From the NCBI GenBank assembly GCA_963693365.1, contig CAVNZM010000001.1, positions 4,046,907-4,110,906 of the forward strand: a stretch of 64,000 nt of DNA, read 5' to 3'. Under the pieces are notes generated by a model, which made no database searches, was not told the origin of the DNA, and saw nothing but the letters and a program-made list of their open reading frames with translations. The translations under genes and the position numbers were made by a program. Below are positions 59,025-64,000 of the stretch, piece after piece (within the stretch, counting starts at the first letter, position 1; every line of letters begins with the position of its first letter). Source of the DNA: Amoebidium appalachense (taxonomy: Eukaryota; Protista; Ichthyosporea).

Positions 59025-60385
59025 ATGGCCCCCTGTAGGCCTGAACCGGTACCAACACCGGTGACGAGCACCATCGAAGACACAAGACGTTCATTCTCTA
59101 TGTGCAGCCTTCTTCCGCGCACCCTACTTTTTCTTTCTATTCTCATAGCCGTCATGCTTGTCCTCTACTATAAGGTCATCGATGCACTCGGCAGATATCG
59201 CGCCAACAATGCGAGTTACACGGGTGGGCGGGACCCCAGGCTCATCCCCCTGGCCTGGGTGGCCGAAGTAACAAGTGTACTGCTACCTACTCTCGCCCTC
59301 ATCGGCATAACAGTATGTCCGGAAGCGAAGGGTAAAAGTAATTCCCGCTCCTGCTGCCGTGCAACCGAGAATGTTCACCGGACGAGTACCGCTCTTCTTC
59401 GTCTACATTATGGTGCTGGGCCAGACATTCCGCACGCACCTACTCGGGCTTATCATTCTCCTAAGTTTTGATGTTATCCCCAAGCAGATAGCCACCCATT
59501 GGTCATTTCTGATATTCATCAAGGCAACACCCTACTGGACTGCCCGCGCCTTTTCCATTATCCCAATAACCGCTTTTCTGTTTCAGATTCTGCTCTCGTT
59601 TAGGGCATCGTCGTTGACATCGAGAGTGTCCCGTTGTTTGGGACAGCACGCAGGGTTATGGCTTGATTCCCATGTGTCTTGGATAACACATCTTCCCGTG
59701 ATATACATTCTTGTAAATGTTGCGATAGCGTGTATCCCGTTGGTCGCAGAGATAGTCAACATTACAGCGTACGGCGGAACGGGCGGGCCGGCATGGACTG
59801 GAGATTTTATGCCATATTCACAGTTGGTTTGGATAAGCGTCGACTTTTTTTTTTGTTCTGATGGTTTTTGATCTGCGGCGGCAGTTGCAGATATACTATC
59901 TAGATAGGAGCACCATTCTCATCGGACTATCCATCAGTTATCTCGCCATTTTCGTCTGGAACAAGTGGGCGGCCTTTTCAGACTGGTACCTCGACCTGTG
60001 GCCATTTGTCGTCCTTTTTCTCCTCGACGTTGCCTGTAACATGGTGCTCGGGTGTGGGTTTGGGATCGCGTCAGTTAATGCGTGGTCGGCGTGGGTGGGA
60101 AGGAGAGAAATCTTCGAGTCCTTTCACAATGGATACGTGGGACGATCCGGCGGCACTGCGTCTAACATGTTAGGCTCGGGAGGAAGGAGTGATAGTCAGG
60201 TTACAAGGGTTGATGTGAGGGGGGTAAACACAGCAGCTAGAGCTACGGAAAGAGGAAGTGGTCACGGGACACCGTGGAAGGCCAAGGAAGAAACCCCATC
60301 GATGACTGCCATTGAAACGGATGTTGTGGTTGTGGATGCAGACAGTAAAAATGACTGTGTACATGGTGACAGTGCGGTGGTGTGA
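59025..60385 (+). CDS. Multi-pass membrane protein (7-8 hydrophobic segments, GPCR-like topology possible), ~452 aa after correcting two +1 indels; could be a pseudogene
   Basis: Three overlapping ORFs (59025-59471, 59359-59871, 59861-60385) fuse into one hydrophobic protein if one A at 59309-59310 and one T in the T10 run at 59845-59854 are removed. It has an N-terminal hydrophobic segment, an N-A-S sequon, ~7 further hydrophobic segments and a polar Ser/Thr/Gly-rich C-tail. TATAAA lies at ~59011. Confidence 0.6.
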
Positions 60386-61535
60386 GTTACTGTTATCGGA
60401 GTAATTAGATATACAGCTGAATAGAATAATGTGGGATGACCCGAGCATATGTCGAGGGGGTTGCCAAAAATAGGCAATGTTTATTAGTGATGAACACAAT
60501 GTACAGAATTTGAAGATATGGATATCTGGGTTTAGTAAAAATGTATTAATCGTTACTATCGGATTGTCTATGGAGTCTCAGACTAGTCTCTAGTATGTGG
60601 TGTCCCTGTAATGTGCATGGCTCGAGGTATGGAGACCAGCGCCGTCTCTTATGTAGAAGGTGTCCGGCGTGTTTCAGGCATCATGCAGGTCACTGAGAGT
60701 ACTATTTGCACATCAACCCCCTTTTATATCGGTCGAGGAGGCCATGGAAAGACATAAATGTCTGTCAAGTTTCCATGTCTCGTTTTTCACTTGCAAGTTT
60801 AAACGTTTGACCCGGGATGCCCATGTGCATCAACTCGCGGGCGCGAGCGCGCGTGTGTGTGTTCTAGTTTTGTCCTTAGTTTCACAATTGTATGTGCGTG
60901 CGTGTGTTTCGTGTGTGTGTGTGTATGTCACTTTGTGAAAGTGTTAGATAGTTTATGGTGCTTGTGCGTGTCACGTGGGTGTAGGTTGTGTTTGTGTCAG
61001 TGTGTATGCCATGTGTGTGTGTTGTGCAGTCTTGTGCTTGTACATGTCTGTGTGTGTGTGTGTGTGTGTGAGTAGTTGCGCAGTTGTACGCCATATGTTC
61101 ATGTTGAAATAATTTGTACACGCAAGGATGTTTTGGGTGTGCTAACTTCTTTTGCGGTATTCATGTGTTGTGATGATTGATCATGAGTAACTGTCCCATT
61201 TGTGTAGGTTGGCATTACGTGGCTTAACAGTTTGCAAAAGTAAAGACATGAACTATTTACCGGTTGTACAATTGTGTTTGTGTGGTGTATTTTTGTGTGG
61301 GCATGCGGCAACAATTGCGTAAACCATGCAACATCACACTAAGATTTAAATCGGACAGAAAAGAGAGCTCGAGGAAACTATGCAAATTCGGGCGGCTTCA
61401 AGTGAGTTACGGACAGTGTACATGTACGTAGTGGATATTGATCTGCAGCTGAGTAAGGGGATGGGCATACACTTTATAGCCGAGTGTGTACGGCATTCTG
61501 CCCCTTCCCCCCCCCTTCCCCCCCCCCCTCCCCTC

Positions 61536-61580
<45 letters not shown>

Positions 61581-61886
61581 ACCCACCCTGCACACACAAA
61601 AAAAATAAAAAATAAAAAATAAAATAAAAAATAAAAAATACACACACGCACACACAAAAGGTGGACATCGCAACCCTGTACACGGGCCCCTCCCTCGTCC
61701 GTGCATTTAGCTTTTTTTTATGTTCCCTACGAAAGAAGCCTGATGCATATGCATTTCACGAATGTCCCTCTTATTATATATAAATTTAAATATATTATAC
61801 TCGTGTATATACGGGTCGGTCTTGAAGTTCGTTTGGCCATGGCACATAATATAATATGTGCACACAATCTCAAATGCCTCTGCCAG

Positions 61887-61927
<41 letters not shown>

Positions 61928-61989
61928 CGTGCGTGTCCGCACCTTGGGCGCTTATATGTGCTGATTTCTGTCCCCCGAGTTGAGGGCCT

Positions 61990-62026
<37 letters not shown>

Positions 62027-62634
62027 GGGGGGGGGGAGGGAGGGGGGGGGAGGGGAGGGGGGGGGTGGGGGGGGGGGATTCCGAAGTGAACAAGTATGGT
62101 TTTCCCGTTTAATTCCGGTACGAACGCCAACGCATCTGCACTCATTCGTCGATCAAACTTCTCCACTGACAGTGTGCATGTGTGCCAAGATGCCCAGCGG
62201 AAACCAGAATTACAAACCCTGTCTACGTGATGGCACAAATTTCAATCCGGTCTCATTCATACAGGGCCAAAATATTTTTTTTTTAAAAAACAAAAGCCAA
62301 AATCGTTCCCTAGCAAGGACTGTACGATGACTGCTGCCTCAAGTTTTGACCGCATTCATTCATTGGCTGGCAGCAAAAGAACGACAGTATTTGTACACCC
62401 ACCACAATATCCCGTCCCCCCCCCCCCCCCTCCCCCCCCCTCCCCCCCCCCCCCCCTCCCCCCCGCCCCGCTGGCGCCGCCGAAAAGGAAGTGGCAAAGC
62501 CAACATAAAACGAATAAATAAAAAACAAAACAGAACAAAGATAAACATACAACAAACCCACACAAGAAAAAAAAAAGAGTCGGGGAACCATTCAAAAAAG
62601 AAAAACGAGGGCAAAATGTCCACCAATCGAGTCT

Positions 62635-62825
62635 TCAGTCGGCAGCAAAAAGGGTGACCGATGCCACGTGGTCATTCCGCATCACCTGCCATATTTGGAA
62701 GGTCAGAACACGTGTGTGCTAATATGCAAACCCCCCCCATCCCCCCGCCCCCTTCCACCACTCCCAACCAACCCTTTATTTTTCTTCTTGTTTATTGGGG
62801 GAGGGGGGAGAAGTGAAGGGGGCGA

Positions 62826-62873
<48 letters not shown>

Positions 62874-63431
62874 CTCTGACCCTCTAACACAAATCACCTC
62901 GGTCGCTTATCCAACCCTGCGTTTTGATTTCTCCTTTAACCTACCATGAACCACACCTCTGCACATGGCTTTCACACGCACGAGTTCCTTGGTGCACGTG
63001 TAACCCACACACATGCGTGTATGTGTCGTGTATAAAGGGGATCACCACGGAGGATGGGGCTGGAAGGGGTGGGGAAAGGGTGGGAGGGGGAGGGGGGAGG
63101 GCAGAATGCATTACACAGTACGAAGAATACATCCACGACGTTGGCAACACGTGACAGATTACAGAAAAAGGACATAAATCTATGCATCAAAGGAGGTGGG
63201 TGGGTGGGTGGGTGGGTGGGGTCGGGGTCGGGGGAGGCTTTGGGAGGGGGGGTGGATGCGAGGGGATATGTATTTAAAGCACACCTCGTAGATCGTGTCA
63301 GAGTAACCGAAGAAATGTGTGGGGCCAAAGGGGTTGTTTGCTGACCCACGGTCGTACACTACTGGTTTGCCGTGTGCTGGGCCTAGCGTGGACTGAATGC
63401 TGGTCCACTGTGTGTGTGTGTGAGTGAGTGA

Positions 63432-63514
<83 letters not shown>

Positions 63515-63617
63515 CGCGCGGTGCAGGTGTGTTTTTGTGTGTATGTGTGTGCTTGTGAATGTGAGTGCTCGCTTTTAAGCACACAAACACGGGGGTTGAT
63601 AACGGTGGCATGAGTGC
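62635..63617 (-). CDS. PHAF1: 3' end of UPF0183 family protein (PHAF1/C16orf70 homologue); 5' part beyond the window
   Basis: Exon 63407-63285 (WTSIQSTLGPAHGKPVVYDRGSANNPFGPTHFFGYSDTIYE) plus exon 62685-62635 (VMRNDHVASVTLFAAD*) match the UPF0183 C-terminus pattern KW..IQ..LG...KPVV..R....NPFG.T..FG....IFEVM.N.HIASVTL. A tentative upstream exon lies at 63617-63583. Confidence 0.85.
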
Positions 63618-64000
63618 CTGGAAGGGAACAACGAGACAGTTAGAACGCAGCAGACAGGACGATGGGGGAAGGTCAGGGACGGGGGAGGGAAAGGCAACCG
63701 GTGTTGTCCATTCGCTGTGATACAAACAGGTAAGATTGAGAACACGTGAGAGAGAGAGAGAGGGGGGGGGGGGGGGGGGGGGGAGGGGCGGAAGAGAGAG
63801 AGGGGGCGGGAAAGAATGGCGGGAGGGGTAGGGGGGGTGCTTATGGGGATGGAACTGTCGATGCATGTTTACTTGTTGAGGTTGTCTCCTGCCCCCTTGC
63901 CGCCCCTCCCGCCCCCCTCCCTCCTCCATTTGCCCTATTGGTGTTCGTTCTTCTCCTCTCCCGCCCTCTCCCCTTCTCCCTCCTTCTGTTCCAATTCCTC

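Overview
Eukaryotic nuclear DNA that is very intron-rich (GT-AG) and saturated with (CA/TG)n microsatellites and poly-C/poly-G runs. Most ORFs in the six-frame track are microsatellite artefacts. By hand-splicing exons I recover six genes: (1) the 3' part of a + strand gene with two tandem class III nucleotide cyclase-like domains (the fully visible one catalytically degenerate) followed by three paxillin-type LIM domains (817-11718); (2) a two-exon Ser/Arg-rich hypothetical protein (-, 14118-16809); (3) a secreted mosaic adhesin/ECM-like protein with PA14, Ig-like, VWD, EGF/cbEGF and SdrD-B repeats (-, 23541-31192); (4) a complete 30-exon importin-13 (-, 33597-56714); (5) an essentially intronless multi-pass, possibly 7TM, membrane protein with two apparent +1 indels (+, 59025-60385); (6) the 3' end of PHAF1/C16orf70 (UPF0183) (-, 62635 onward). 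Most notable observations: a strand-polarised intron pattern (C-runs just after donors, (CA)n instead of a U-rich tract before acceptors), the pseudo-cyclase-LIM fusion, a dispersed G-run-anchored ~100-150 bp intronic element with a GTAC-GAA-GTAC core, and a perfect 25-bp intronic hairpin. Gene content suggests a unicellular holozoan-like protist, but this is a weak inference. All exon models and family assignments are by eye, with no database searches run.
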